Assembly (NCBI RefSeq): GCF_000315625.1
Contig: NW_005434595.1
Coordinates: forward strand, 235,826 to 299,825
Source: Guillardia theta CCMP2712
Taxonomy: Eukaryota > Protista > Cryptophyta
Direction of reading: 5' to 3'
Length of the DNA stretch: 64,000 bases
Shown here in pieces: positions 50,799-63,204 of this stretch. Under the pieces are notes generated by a model. It saw only the letters and a program-made list of their open reading frames with translations, was not told the DNA's origin and made no database searches. The translations under genes were made by a program, and so were the position numbers. Within the stretch, counting starts at the first letter, position 1. Each line of letters opens with the position of its first letter.

Positions 50799-53700
50799 TC
50801 ACCTTCCAATAGACTCCACTGCCCCAATGCCCTCAAACCCCAGGACCTGTGGGAGACTTTCAGCTACTGGGCACACTAGCACATGCTCTCAACGTTCTCG
50901 GCGAACGTGCTTGCCATGAAGTCTTCTCGCCTGCTTCGAGGTGAGCTTGCGACCAACAGCAACTTTGACGTTACCCGCTCAGACTCGATCCTGTCAGTCG
51001 GGCGATCGCTGTTTGTATCTCGCTCTCCGACAGAGATTCTCCCATCCGCATCAACATCATTCGCAGCTGCTCCCATTTCAGGATCCCTGTCACTGGCTCT
51101 GCTCCGAGGTGATGGAAGGCCTGGTATGTAGACATGAGGGAGGAGGAGGGTGGCAGTATCAAACCACCTGCTGAATCTCTTCCAGGCTGACATCGTTGAC
51201 AGGCTTGTGATTGACAAACAATTTGATCTGATAGAAACTCAGGGCTGACAACAGCAAGAGTCCTTCCAAACCAAGTCTGAGAAGGTTACAGAATCCTTTC
51301 CCTTCCTTCTGACTTCATGAACCATATCGCGGATCTCGAACTTGGAGGGATAATACCCAAATGCCTGAAGGACTGGTGAGAGAAAAGGGAAGAGTCCTGG
51401 TCAATCTTAACCTGCATCAACTCTGGTACGGCTTCGACGGGGGCCAGCCCTGTAACTTTCCTCTCTTCGGTCGTGTCCTCTCCCTATCACTTCACGTAAG
51501 TCACACCAACGCCGAGAGAGGAGCGGGACCTGAGCTCTTAGCTGAGCCAGGTAGAAATAATCCAGCATCTCGTCGTACAGCTCTCCCCCTTTCCCCCCCG
51601 GGATCAACGCTTCAAACGGCTCGATCCCCGACCCCCCCAGCGCTGCCGATGCCTCTAAGGCGGAGGGGTCCACCTCCCACAAAAAGATCCCACAGTCTGA
51701 CCCTCCTGTTGTCAGCACCAGCTTCCCATCATGTGACGCGCACATCTCCGCCACCTCCCCAGCATGCGCTATCAGCCCCATGCTGCAGTTGGGGTTCCCG
51801 TCCAGTGGCAGCTTGATGAGCCCGACGACCTTGTGAGGGGTCGCGTAGACGACATACTGCTTGCCCTGCTCGTCGGGCGGGAGAGTGAGGAGACGATGAG
51901 GGGGAGGGCCGAAGGTTGGGCCCAAGAGAGTCTGCAGGCAGTGCGAATCTTGTTCCTCGAGCGGTCGATTGTCATGCACGCCGGTCAGACCGATGATATC
52001 CAACACCTGCAGCGAGTGAAAGTGAGAGGAGGAGGAGAAACGAAAGGAGTACGAGGAAAAGGAGGAGGGAGAGGAGGAGGGAGGGGAGGAGACCTTGAGT
52101 TTGCTTTCACTGTTAGCTGATACCAGGAAGATCTTGTTGGGATCTTCTCCTTGCTGACATCCAGGTGGGAGCTGATAAGCTCAAGTCAGTTTAGCAGCTT
52201 TTGCTTCATCTTCTCACCTGTAGGAGGGCTGTGGGCACCGCCGTCTCCTCAATCGTGATCGCACATCGAACGACGACACCTTAGACGAGTGAGGAAGGAG
52301 AAGGAGGGAGGGGAAGGAGAGCGACGATGACTTAAAAAAGGAGACAGGGGGGGTGGGGGGGGCGGAGAAAAGGTGGGAGGTGGTTGAAGGAGATGAGATC
52401 AGGACCTGTGGCTGCCATCGAGCTGGACAAGTCATACTCCACTATCACTCTGTCCTGCGCGAGGGAAACTAGCCGAATGATCCCAGCAGCCTTGTCAAGG
52501 ATGAACTGTAGCCCTACGATCCTGCCGTGATGAGACCTGCCGGTACAGTCACGCAAGGCAGGCGAACTCTCCCGTCTTCACCTGTATCTTCCCACGTACA
52601 GCCATGGCACCTCCTTGCCGCTCTCGAGCACCTGCAAGAGGGTGAGGTAGAGCTGGAGAGACGTCGACTTACATTTCTCTCTCTGCGGAAGATCCCAACG
52701 CAGTTGTGGGCATCTGCAACCGCCACGTGCATGCCATCGGGAGCGAACTGAACCGACGTGATCTCGCAGTCAATCTGGTGGGAAGGGATGAGGAGAGGAA
52801 GCCGCGCGAGGTTGATCCACTTCACCTGAGACATGCGCTGGATGAGCTCGAGGTCCGAGACCCCGATGATCAGCACGGAGCCGTCGGTGCATCCGATGAC
52901 TAGCTCCTGCCCGTTGGGGTTGACGCAGATGCAGGTGGGAGTTCTCTTCTCCAGCACTTTCTGCTGAAGCCAAGCTTGAGACTCGAAGTCCAGCACTCGC
53001 AGCATCCCGCTCGTGGTCACCACGAAGAGCTTGGAGGAAGAGGGATAGGCGCACATAGCGGAGATGGGGGACTCAAAGCCCTGGACGAGAACCTCTCCCT
53101 TTCTCTCCTCCTTGGAGTACTGCTCGAAGATAGCTGCGTTCACCAACGCAATCTTGCCTGCCTTGGTGGCCACAATGAAGTTTGGGATGCGAACCTCGCC
53201 CTCCAGGTAGCCTCCATCCTTAGGAGTCGCGCGGGGAGATGTGAAGGTGAGCGACGCGATGGGTCCGACGTCGAGGTCTTCGTACCAAGCAAGGAGGCGG
53301 AACTTGAGGTCATAGAAGCGCACGAAGCCGTCGGCGCCTGCGGTGACGAGGAAGCTGTCGAAGACGGAGATGAAGGTGATGGCGTGACCATCGTGAAGCT
53401 TGAGCAGCTTGACGGCACATCGGTCCGAGGGCCTCGCGTCAAGAGCAGGGAGAAGAACTTGATCCCAGAGAAGGAGGTCACCGTCCTCTGTCGCCGAGAC
53501 AGCCTGGTTGGAGAAGGGGATGAAGACACTCTGTGTGAACTTGCCGACAGGGGATGAGAACTCCTTGGAGGACAGGGCAGGCGAGTAGAACTTCAACTTG
53601 TCGTCTGTGGAAGAAAGTCACAGGAAGACGAGGAGGGAAACAGAGTGGCAGGAGGAGGAGGAGGAGGAGGAGGAGGAGGAGGAGGAGGAGGAGGAGGAGG

Positions 53701-54319
53701 AGGAGGAGTTTAGAAACCAGTTCTACCTTCCCAGCTCCAAAAGATCACTCTCTGCGATCCATTCGTCATGATTTCTCTCACGTCATCGCGGCGGAATTTG
53801 ACGCATGTCTGCAAGTCCCGGCTGATGACGTCATGCTGAGCCGCTGGAGTCTCTTCGGGGCTAGTCCATCTCCACACCGCAATCGTCTGCTTCGGACCTG
53901 CTCCTATGGAGGCGATGTACTTGGCATCCGGCGTCATGTCCAAGTCAACCACACCCCCTATGTGAGGGTCGAAGATGGATCGGACAGGCACCCCAGTCCG
54001 AGCGTTCCACACGATGATCATGGCGTCTTTCTCGCCCATGTCGCCTGTCGCCAGCCACTTCTTGTCATCGCTCGTCGCCGCGCATGTGATGGTATTGGTG
54101 TGTCCTTGGAGTAGGCGCTGCTGTCGCATCTCGTAGTCAAAGATCACTCCTGTATGTCCAATAGCATAGAACATAGCTAGATGCCCCTCGGCTGTCAGGT
54201 CGACCAGCACCATCGACTGAAAGACATGTCAACTAGTTGCATCTCCAAGGAAGCGTCTCCACTACCTCAAGATTGAAGCCGAAGGTCCACCTGAGGTTCA
54301 TCGCGTTCCGGTCCACCAT
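50799..54319 (-). CDS. CFAP251: Cilia- and flagella-associated protein 251 (WDR66), WD40 repeats plus C-terminal EF-hand-like region, multi-exon; 3' end approximate
   Basis: MVDRNAMNLRWTFGFNLE; HTGVIFDY..QQRLLQGHTNTITC..SDDKKWLATGD; TAGADGFVRFYDLKFRLLAWYE; VVGLIKLPLDGNPNCSMGLIAHAGEV; GGKGGELYDEMLDYFYLAQLRAQ; GYYPSKFEIRDMVHEV; LFVNHKPV; FAENVLGFE. Confidence 0.9.
53650..53708. repeat. (GGA)n microsatellite in a CFAP251 intron
   Basis: Uninterrupted gga run of about 19 units. Confidence 0.95.
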
Positions 54320-54817
54320 CTGACACAGAGGTCATCAACCTATGTTTGGCTCACTCGCCTGAGTTTCCCTCTGATACGTTTGAACAGATTCATCTTGACC
54401 TCAAATCTCCATCCATGGCTAATGCTCACTATCCACATAATTTCTCTGGTTTCTGCCTGACACTTTCGCTTGCTAGCTTTTTCTTTCCAACCTCTTTCGG
54501 CTGCATGCTGAGGACCTACTTTTGTAATGCCCCTCCTCGCTCATCCCGTATCATCAGGTCTCACCCCTTGTTCCCCAATGCTTTGTCTCGACATCGTCTG
54601 CTCTCATGCACAACGTTTGTTGTCCCATGTCCTCACCTGATATCCTCGTCTCCCTTCCTGTCTCTCCTCCAACTTCCATCCTCTGTCCCTCTCTTCTCTC
54701 TCTGTCCCTCGTTCCTCCTTCTATCCTCCCTCCTCTTCCTCTTTCTCCTCGCTCTCCTTCTCCCTCCTCTCTGTCTCTGTCTCTGTCTCTTCTCTCCCTC
54801 TTCCCCCCCCCCCCCCC

Positions 54818-54917
54818 NNNNNNNNNNNNNNNNNNNNNNNNNNNNNNNNNNNNNNNNNNNNNNNNNNNNNNNNNNNNNNNNNNNNNNNNNNNNNNNNNNN
54901 NNNNNNNNNNNNNNNNN
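54818..54917. other. Assembly gap (100 N) flanked by poly-C, (GTCTCT)n and (CCT)n simple repeats
   Basis: N run. Poly-C at 54803-54817, gtctct array at 54918-54968, cct array at 54970-55010. Confidence 0.98.
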
Positions 54918-55545
54918 GTCTCTGTCTCTGTCTCTGTCTCTGTCTCTGTCTCTGTCTCTGTCTCTGTCGCCTCCTCCTCCTCCTCCTCCTCCTCCTCCTC
55001 CTCCTCCTCCTGCATCCCCTTGTCTGCCTCACGGCATTGCGTCATGTCCGTTGATTGCCTCATCCCCGCTCAACTCTCACTCCTCTTCACTACCCCCACA
55101 CCTGCCACCAACCTACCACTACCACCCTACCTCAATACGGCATATTATCCCCTGGATAGCCTAACTCTGATAACCCCTACCCCCTAGGACACCTCTCTTT
55201 TCGTGGTAAAGTACCGGTCATTCACACTACCCCTACATCCCTTTGGACCCTTCCCGGTTTGAATTTCGCGCCACGCCTGGAGAAGCACCAGGCAAGTGGC
55301 GTGCGAGTTGCGAAATGAGGGGCGGGGAAGGAAGCGGAGGAGAGGAGAGAAGCGAGAGAAGACGAACATGCGCTGAGAACTGAACTTGAAGGTTGCCACC
55401 ACGAGGGCAGGTAAGCATTGACTGCTATCGTGATGAGAAAGGTGATGGTTCTGACTACATAACCCAGTCACTCGCAGTGTGCCCCCCGTCACTTTTTGCA
55501 GACAATCTCATCAAACCCCTTGTGACCAGCAGGAAGATATCAAGA

Positions 55546-58500
55546 ATGACATGCTGGTCTTCTGTATATATCAAGATCATTCTCGTGTTTGCCTTTGCAA
55601 ATGGATCAAGGACTTTCATCACAGAGACTGTGTCTCCACACATCAGTACCTTTTCTCGTTACAGTGTAGAACGAAATTCTCTTGGCTTTTCCGTTTGTTG
55701 TCTTCGAGGAGGATTGGATGGAGTCGAGAGCAACCTTCCAAATCGGATAAGTAGTACGATGAAGGCCCAAACAAGGCTTGATGCTCAGGATAGCGTGAAA
55801 GGCATTTCAAAAGTTGCGAAGATACGAAAGTTTACATCGTCTTCCAAATCTTTGAAGGATAAGAGGTTCGAGATTAAGTTGGTACTGACAAGCAGATACA
55901 AGTTTGCTGCAGTATCGAGTTTTCCGCCTCGAACAGTTACAGATCTATACAAGAAAATGATGGGCAAGTTCGAGATTGAGAACAAGCGATGGGTGTTTCC
56001 TTTGTGCCAGTATTACAAACTCGTGAATGAGATCTCAAGAATGAATGCGACTCAGCCAGCAAATTCCACCTTCAGCCTCACTCCAGTGCCAGAAAACGTC
56101 TTCAAGGTCCTCAAGAACGACCCTTCGGTCTCCACCTTGAACCACACGAAAGCGAAGATGCTGTTGGAGGCCCTACCGTTGACCATCAGCAAGAAGCTGC
56201 TCCCTTTCCAGCGAGAGGGAGTTCTCTTCGGACTAGCAAGAGAGGGGCGAGTGCTCATCGGAGATGAGATGGGGTTAGGGAAGACTGTACAGGCGATCGC
56301 CATTGCAGCAGCATACCTGGATGAGTGGCCTCTGTTAATTGTATGCCCCTCCTCAATGCGGTGTATGTGGGCACAGGAGCTGGTGAATTGGCTTCCAGGC
56401 GAGCTGACCCCTCAAGACGTTAACACCATCTTCAGCGGGAGGGATGTCGTCGGGAATCAGCTTGTCACCATCATATCCTACGACCTCTTCTGCAAGTTTG
56501 CGCCGGAGATCAGCTCGATGCAGTTCAAAGTGATCATCGGCGATGAGAGCCACTATCTCAAGAACCCCAACGCGAAGAGGAGTAAGACCATCCTCCCCTT
56601 CATCCGCTCGGCCAGAAGATCGATCTTGCTCACCGGAACGCCTGCGCTCTCAAGACCCGTCGAACTGTTCAACCTCTTGAATTCCCTTCACCCTCGTCTC
56701 TTTAACAATTTCTTGGAATTCGCATATCGTTACTGTGATGCCCACCAGGGCCCCTTCGGCCTGGAGACCAGCGGGGCATCAAACTTGGAGGAGCTTCACG
56801 TGCTCTTGGATCAACACACGATGGTTCGAAGGCTCAAGAAGGACGTTCTCACCCAGCTGCCCGCCAAGAGAAGGCAGAAGATTTTGATCAAGATCTCAGA
56901 AGCTGAGAGCAAGAGATTTGCTACGGAGATGGATAAGCTGAAAGAGCTGGAGCGTGTTACTCAGGATGAGGAGGAGGACAGCGAAGCTCGATTTCGGGCG
57001 CAGTCACGCAAGAAGGCGCTGATCATGAAGATGTATGTGGACACTGGAGTTGCCAAACTTCAAGCGATCCAGGAGTATGTTGCCGACCTGATCGAATGCG
57101 GAGCAAAGTTTCTGGTGCAAACTCTCTTTTTTTCGCCTACCACCCTGCCCCACTCCCTCCTCAAACTCGCCTTCCTTCTCCTCTTCCCCGTCCTCTTCTC
57201 CTTCCCGTCTCTTCCTCCGCATACCAGCCCCCGCATACCAGCCTCTTTGCCTCCTACTGATGGCTGTACTCAGGTGTTCGCTCATCACATGGAGATTCTG
57301 GATGGGCTGGAGGACGTCGTCTCCAAGAAGAAAGTGCAGTACATCAGAATCGATGGCTCCACCCCCTCCCGGGAACGGCAGCTGAGAGTCTCTTCCTTCC
57401 AGGAGTCCAGCTCTGTCCGAGTAGCCATCCTCTCAGTCACAGCAGCTGGGACAGGGCTGACCCTCACGGCCGCAAACTTGGTAAGGGCGAACAACTTAGC
57501 TGGGTTTTGACTGAACTCTTCTCAGGTGGTTTTTGCTGAGCTCCACTGGACCCCAGGGATTCTGCTGCAGGCAGAGGACAGGGCTCACAGGATCGGTCAG
57601 CAGTCGTCGGTGAACGTGATGTACCTGGTGGGTCAGGGGACGTGCGACGAGCTGATATGGGACAGCATCTCCTACAAGGTCAAAGTGATAGGAAGAGCCC
57701 TGGACGGAATGCGAACAAGCTTCAATGCTGCGAGGATGGAAGTGAACCGTTCCTCCGCTCCTCCTCCTCCTGCTCCTTGTGCAGATGACGAGTGGCCTGC
57801 AGAGGAAGACAAGCTCAGTGCTCTCCTACAACACCCGGTCATCATCGCAGCCATGCAGAATCCCCTCCTCGATCAGATCCTTGACAAAGTCCTCCAAGAC
57901 CCTTCCCTTGCCAACGATGAGAGCGTGCTGGAGCGCTATGGCAGCAACCCTGAGATTCGCGAGGTCTTCGCGGTCATCAAGGAGTTCATGAAGAGCAGAG
58001 GAGGGGAGGAGAAGGAGGAGGCGCCGGACAGCGGGAACACCAGCAGGTGCCGAGGGAGAGCAGCAGGTTGCGGGGTGAGGAGTGAGCCCTTCAAGATGCA
58101 GAGGAGCTGCGCCATGAGCCTCCGAGGGGGAGGAGGAGGAGGAGGAGGAGACATTATCACGATGAAGGATGACGCTGGTCTGTTCTCAAGGGATTTCATG
58201 GAGAATTGTAGGCTAAAGGACGAGCTGAGAAGGATGCAGTCGGAACTCGAGAGGAGCAGGAGAGAAATCGAAGTGCTGCGAACAAGGAAGTTTGACCCAG
58301 TCTGCTCGAGCGTATCAGATGGCGAGTCTTTGGGGTATAAGCTTTGCTCCTCCGGCTCGCCTCCTCCTTTCTCTCGTCGAGATGATGTCCCTTCCATCGA
58401 GAGCAGTAGGGGTAGCAGGGAGCAAGAAAATCAGCTCTCAAGCGTCTCGAGAGGTCCCAATGAGATTCAATCCTTCACCACGAGCAGGGGGAATCTCGTT

Positions 58501-59310
58501 AAGATCGAAGAGCTTCCGGATGACGCTGAAGTCGATGGCTGGGAAGAGGAGGAAGGGCGGAACGGATTTGTTCTCGCTGAGGTGCCACCACTGACAGGAG
58601 GTTTATCAGATGGAGCAACAGCGGGAGCAGCAGAAGAGGCGGGGGCGGAGGGAGGAGGAGCTTCGCGAGTGCTGGACGAGCTCAACTCGCTCGCACGAGA
58701 GTTTCCTTCCTGCGTGCAGTACCTGAAGCGCGAGTTTGACAACCGACGGCTGCTGACGGAGACAGGGCGATCGATCAACGAGGAGAGGCTCAAGGGCATC
58801 ATGAAGCGGGTGGCGAGAAAGAGCGGCAATCCTGACGTGAAGCTCATGGCGCTCTACATCGGAGCCAAGTTGGGAGGGGAGGACACTGCCGGGCCCTCTC
58901 GCATCATCCCGACTGACCTGCAGCCGCTGGAGGGGGGCGACAAGGAGCAAGACAGCTTGCTGCGCTCGTGCAGCTGCAGCCTGTCCAACTCCATGAAGTG
59001 CACTTGCCATCAGCGCGGCAAGGGCCACAACCCCTTGCAGCCGTCGCTGGCCAGCAGGAAGAGCACAGTCATCCGCAGGACGTGGGGGGAGGTGGTTGTG
59101 ACCCCCCAGCAGGTCTGCGAGCAAGTGGAGAGGATGGGGGGCATGGAGGCTGTGGATGGGAGGCAGGGGACGAAGGGGAAGGGATGGAAGGGAGTCGCAA
59201 AGGCCCTGGGAATCGACACGGAGAAGTACCGAGACGCAGGATATCAGATGAGAAAGATCTACTATATGGAGACTTCGGGCTTCGATACGCGGAGGAAGAG
59301 AAGGAAATGA
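55546..59310 (+). CDS. SMARCAL1: SNF2-family SMARCAL1/ZRANB3-like annealing helicase with N-terminal signal-like leader and C-terminal STI1-like and ARID-like domains, 3 exons
   Basis: Introns 57115-57273 and 57481-57525. HARP-like segment (GKFEIENKRWVFPLCQYYKLV); LLPFQREGV..GRVLIGDEMGLGKTVQAI; DESH; LLTGTPALSRPVELF; KFL|VFAHH; IRIDGSTP; VAILSVTAAGTGLTLTAANL|VVFAELHWTPGILLQAEDRAHRIGQ. Confidence 0.9.
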
Positions 59311-59363
59311 AACAAGTCAAGCCAGCAGCATGGCCCCTCTCGGCCCCTCTCCTCCCCCTTCCC

Positions 59364-61887
59364 TCATGGCTGGACGCGGCCCTTGGCCCAGTCTTTCATC
59401 TCCTCCTCCTCCTTGCTCGTGGACGCGAACGCTCGACCCGAGTCGACCGCTCGCTCCTTCCTCGCCATCTTCACAGCCTCATCGAACTTGCTCTTCGCAA
59501 GCCCGTTGGTGGGGTCCAGCCGGAAAGCCTCCCAGAAAGATGCGGCTGCTTCCGTGGGGTCCTTGAGCCCCAGATACGCCTGCCACCATTCTCAGCTGAC
59601 CTGCTGGGGATCAGCTCAAGCGCAGCACCTGCCCTTCCCGGAAGCAAGCCTTTGCCCAGCTGCTGTCCATGGCCTTCGCTGTCTGCCACAAAGAGCTCAG
59701 CACCTCCTTGGCAAGATGAAGGAGCAAGTACCTGTGCGTCGGCCAGTGCTTCTTCATGACGCTGGAGGGCGAGGAGAGCTGCGCATCGGTTGGAGAAGAA
59801 CTCTTTCCTGCTGGGGTCCAGTAGGATAGCTTCAGTGTAGAACGCGTACGCTTCCTCCATCTTGTTGCTACGAAGAGCCTCGTTGCCTTTCTCCTTGAAA
59901 ACGACAGCCTGTGAAGTAAATGAGACTCTGCCGAGCTTCACACTCTCTCGCCTTCTCAGCTCGTGACAATTGCTGGCTGCTACCCGACGTCTGCGCCGGT
60001 CCTCCAGTCTGCACAGTGCCGCTGTTTCCCGTGCTCGACATGGTAGGAGCAGGCTCGGGCTCGGAAGAATCTTCATCCTCTTCCTCCTCATCACTATCAC
60101 CGCACAGCTCTGAATCGCTCAGATTCCTCCCCAAGGAGATGAGAATGTCGCGCATATTCTGATACCTCTGCGACTTCCTCCAGCGGTAGCGTGCAAGTTG
60201 CAACGGCGTCTGCCCAACATCGTCAACAGCGCGCCGCCTCCTCTTATCCCCACAAGGCCAGACCTTGCCATGCACGTTTTTCGCCGCTACGTCGCATCCC
60301 CTCTCGACCAGCAGTCGAAACAGGTCTACGTTGCCAGTCTCAGCTGCGAAGTGAAGCGCCGTGAATCCCTCCTGCCGCGACAATGAGCCGAGAAGCGGGC
60401 ACGAGGCTGCACCTGATCGCACAGGGACAAGTTTGCTCCTGCCCCAACGTAGAGCTCGCACATCTGAGGTAGAGGTGAGGGTCTGCTGAGTTATCGGCAT
60501 TCCAAGCTCACCCTGTGCTGGTTCATCGAAGCTGCCATCACGAGAGGTGGAGGTACCTTCCTCCCTCCCTCGTCCGAGGGCAGAACGTTGGGATCCGCCC
60601 CCAAGGTAATCAGCAACTTCACTGCCTCCTCGCACTCCGACATCGCAGCCCACTGGAAGGAGCGAGTGAGGCGATCGAAGTGGAGGAAGATGGAGGAGAG
60701 GAAGAAGAGGAGGATGCACGGGACAAGGAGCGAGGGGAGGGAGAGGGAGAGTTGTCAACCTGAAGAGCAGATCCAAGAATGGAGGTAGCATTCACGTTTG
60801 CGTTCATCAGCATGAGCATGTGAATCATCTGCAGGTCGCCGTTGCCAGCAGCGTGATGAAGGGGTGTAGCTCTCAGCCCAGCGTCTTTCTCGTTGACATC
60901 CACAGAGACATTTCGAGCTACAAGTCTCGCAGCCTCCATGCGCTTGTTCACAACTGCAATGAAGAACGGACTCTGACCATTCTCATCCCTTGCCTTCATG
61001 TCGGCTCCCGCCCTCATAGCAAGCTTTATCACCTCAACATGACCCTCTGCTGCTGCCCAGTGGACCACTCCTCGAGCATTGGCATCCTTGAACGCGTCGA
61101 GAATCACGTTAGGCGGCTCTGAACGAGCCTTGCACTCATGCTCTAGAGCCTTTTCTAGTTCAGCGAGTCTATTTTCCTTGGCAGCTACAAGCAGTCGCTC
61201 AAGCGCTTGCCGTTCGATCATCATCGTCTTAACCTTGGAGGAGGACTCAAGATCTTGGAAGCTTTTGTCTCGTTTGTCTTGCCTGTTATCTTCTGTCGGA
61301 TCCGGCTCTGTTGAATTTTCCCCCTCCAATCCGTCCGCTCCATCCGCGTCATCGTGCCACGAAGCTGGAAAGGTGGGAATATCTTCAAGAACGAGCTTGG
61401 AAACTTTCTGAAGTTTCGGCCAAAGAACATCTATATCAGCTTTGGGGAGGCGAATGAGAATGTATTTGTCTTTGATCTTGAAAGTTGCTCTAGACGCGTC
61501 GATTTCGAAGAACAGCTCACTGATAGTAAGATCCCACCGTGAGCACACGAGTGAGAACCCTGTAGTTCTTGCTTGGAAACTGAAATCATCTGCAGAGAGC
61601 TTTCGTTCAGATGTCTTGTTCTCCTTCGATTCATCATCAAACACAAAAATTTGCACCTCTCCGGCTGTCTGGTCCCATCCATACCTGGGGATTTCAGTCC
61701 CCCCCCGCAAGCGAATTGCCAAGTTCCTGCTCGTTCCAAGAGAACAACCATGGAGGGACAAGGCAGGAGCTGCTGCTCTTACTCTTGTGTGTGATCCTCC
61801 TGCCATCATCCTTCCTCCTGCCATCCAGCCAACCGCAAGCAGCATTCCTGCCAGCAGCCGCTGTTGTCCCCCGAATCCTGCTGCCAT
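59364..61887 (-). CDS. CS (p23/NudC-like) + ankyrin repeat + TPR co-chaperone-like protein with N-terminal leader, multi-exon (alternative start 62004)
   Basis: PRYGWDQTAGEVQIFV...LFFEIDASRATFKIKDKYILIRLPKA (CS). VHWAAAEGHVEVIK, ATPLHHAAGNGD, FTALHFAAETGN (ANK). FKEKGNEALRSNKMEEAYAFYTEAILLDP...FFSNRCAA and AYLGLKDPTEAAASFWEAFRLDPTN (TPR). Confidence 0.85.
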
Positions 61888-61999
61888 TGCCGATCTCCAG
61901 AGTAATAAACCCTCAAGTCGCCGACCCGGCCCGGGCCGGGCCTCGGACTGGCGGCCGCCTCTAAAAAATAGTAAAACAAAACAAATTAGATAACTTGGT

Positions 62000-62420
62000 G
62001 CCATGAAACCCGCCTCGGGATGTCAATAACAGGGGTGGGGTACACATGTCCTGCAAGGGGTACATATCAAGCCATAGATTCATACCACCGGTAGTCTTTG
62101 GGGTACCCTCCATCACCCTACCAATGTCCCACCTACTGGTACCCACGTGAACTAGCTGATGCTTGCAACCCTCACCAATCATATGACCCTACCTAGGTAG
62201 AATCTTTGATCACCCTGGTCCTATGTCTGAAATCTATCGAGAGGGTGGGGTACTTGCACCGGGGGTTAGGTGGTGTTCTAGAGTGAGCAGTATTTTACCA
62301 CAAATGGTCTTCGTGAATCACCAGTTTCATATTGAGCCTTCCTGCAACTGAATTTTATAACTTGAGTAAATATTTTATAATACAAAAGCTGTGGTTTGGG
62401 GTACTACTATCAATATATAG
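62000..62420. repeat. GGGT/ACCC/GGTACC motif mosaic in a divergent spacer
   Basis: ggggtggggtac, ggggtaccc, ctggtacccac, gggtggggtac. Confidence 0.6.
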
Positions 62421-63204
62421 GACATATGTTGGCAAGTCATCGAAAAATGAAAAAAAAGCAGTGAGCACAGGGGGTAGGTAGAATGGAATGCAGACGATGC
62501 CCGGAAATGAAGCGAGGGGGAGGCGAGGAGAGGCGAAGGAGAAGGAGCGAGATCGAGCGAAAGAAATGTAGCTGCAATGAAAGGGGAGAGGAAGAGCAGG
62601 AGCAGGAGGGTGAAGTCTTGGGAGAGGGAGTCGGGTGGGACGACCGGAAAGTAGCACAAGATTGACTGGAGGCAGTAAAAACAATTCATGCATGCTCAAG
62701 GGAGAAGCAAGGTTGAAGAAGCAACAAGGATTAGCATGAAGAGGCAATTGAAGATGTGTTTCGTTTTGTGTCTGAGGATTTAGTGTAAACGAGGTGCACA
62801 TTTTTATACCTGTAGGCTTTTGCGCCACAAGATTAGTGGAATGTTGTAAAACCAGTGATAATCGGACCTGAGGCCATGAAATCTGGTCTGAACAGGTGTC
62901 AAGTAGACGTAGCTTGAGATATCAAGATGAATCTCCCCTTCCTCTTTGGAAGGTTCGAATATGAACGTTCAAATGACAGGTTCGGCCTTCGACTGCTGAT
63001 ACGTAGGATGGTTTGATTGCAACGTCCAATGACGATACAAGAAGTTGACGTTGGACTCAAAACGACGTAAAATGTCGGTTTTCAGGAGCTCCAAGACGAA
63101 TTTAGGTGAATTCTCATCATTCTTTTACGTTTTGATGAACTGATCTCTTGTTGTTTGAAATTCACAACCCTCTCCCTGATGGCTGTTCCAAAGGTGCCTG
63201 TGTC

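Noticed and set aside
54346-55187. ORFs spanning the N gap
   Set aside because: Artefacts of simple repeats and undetermined bases.
62355-63100. Possible extra gene between the CS-ANK-TPR and TRPC4AP-like genes
   Set aside because: Purine-rich low-complexity sequence; I could not build a consistent spliced frame.
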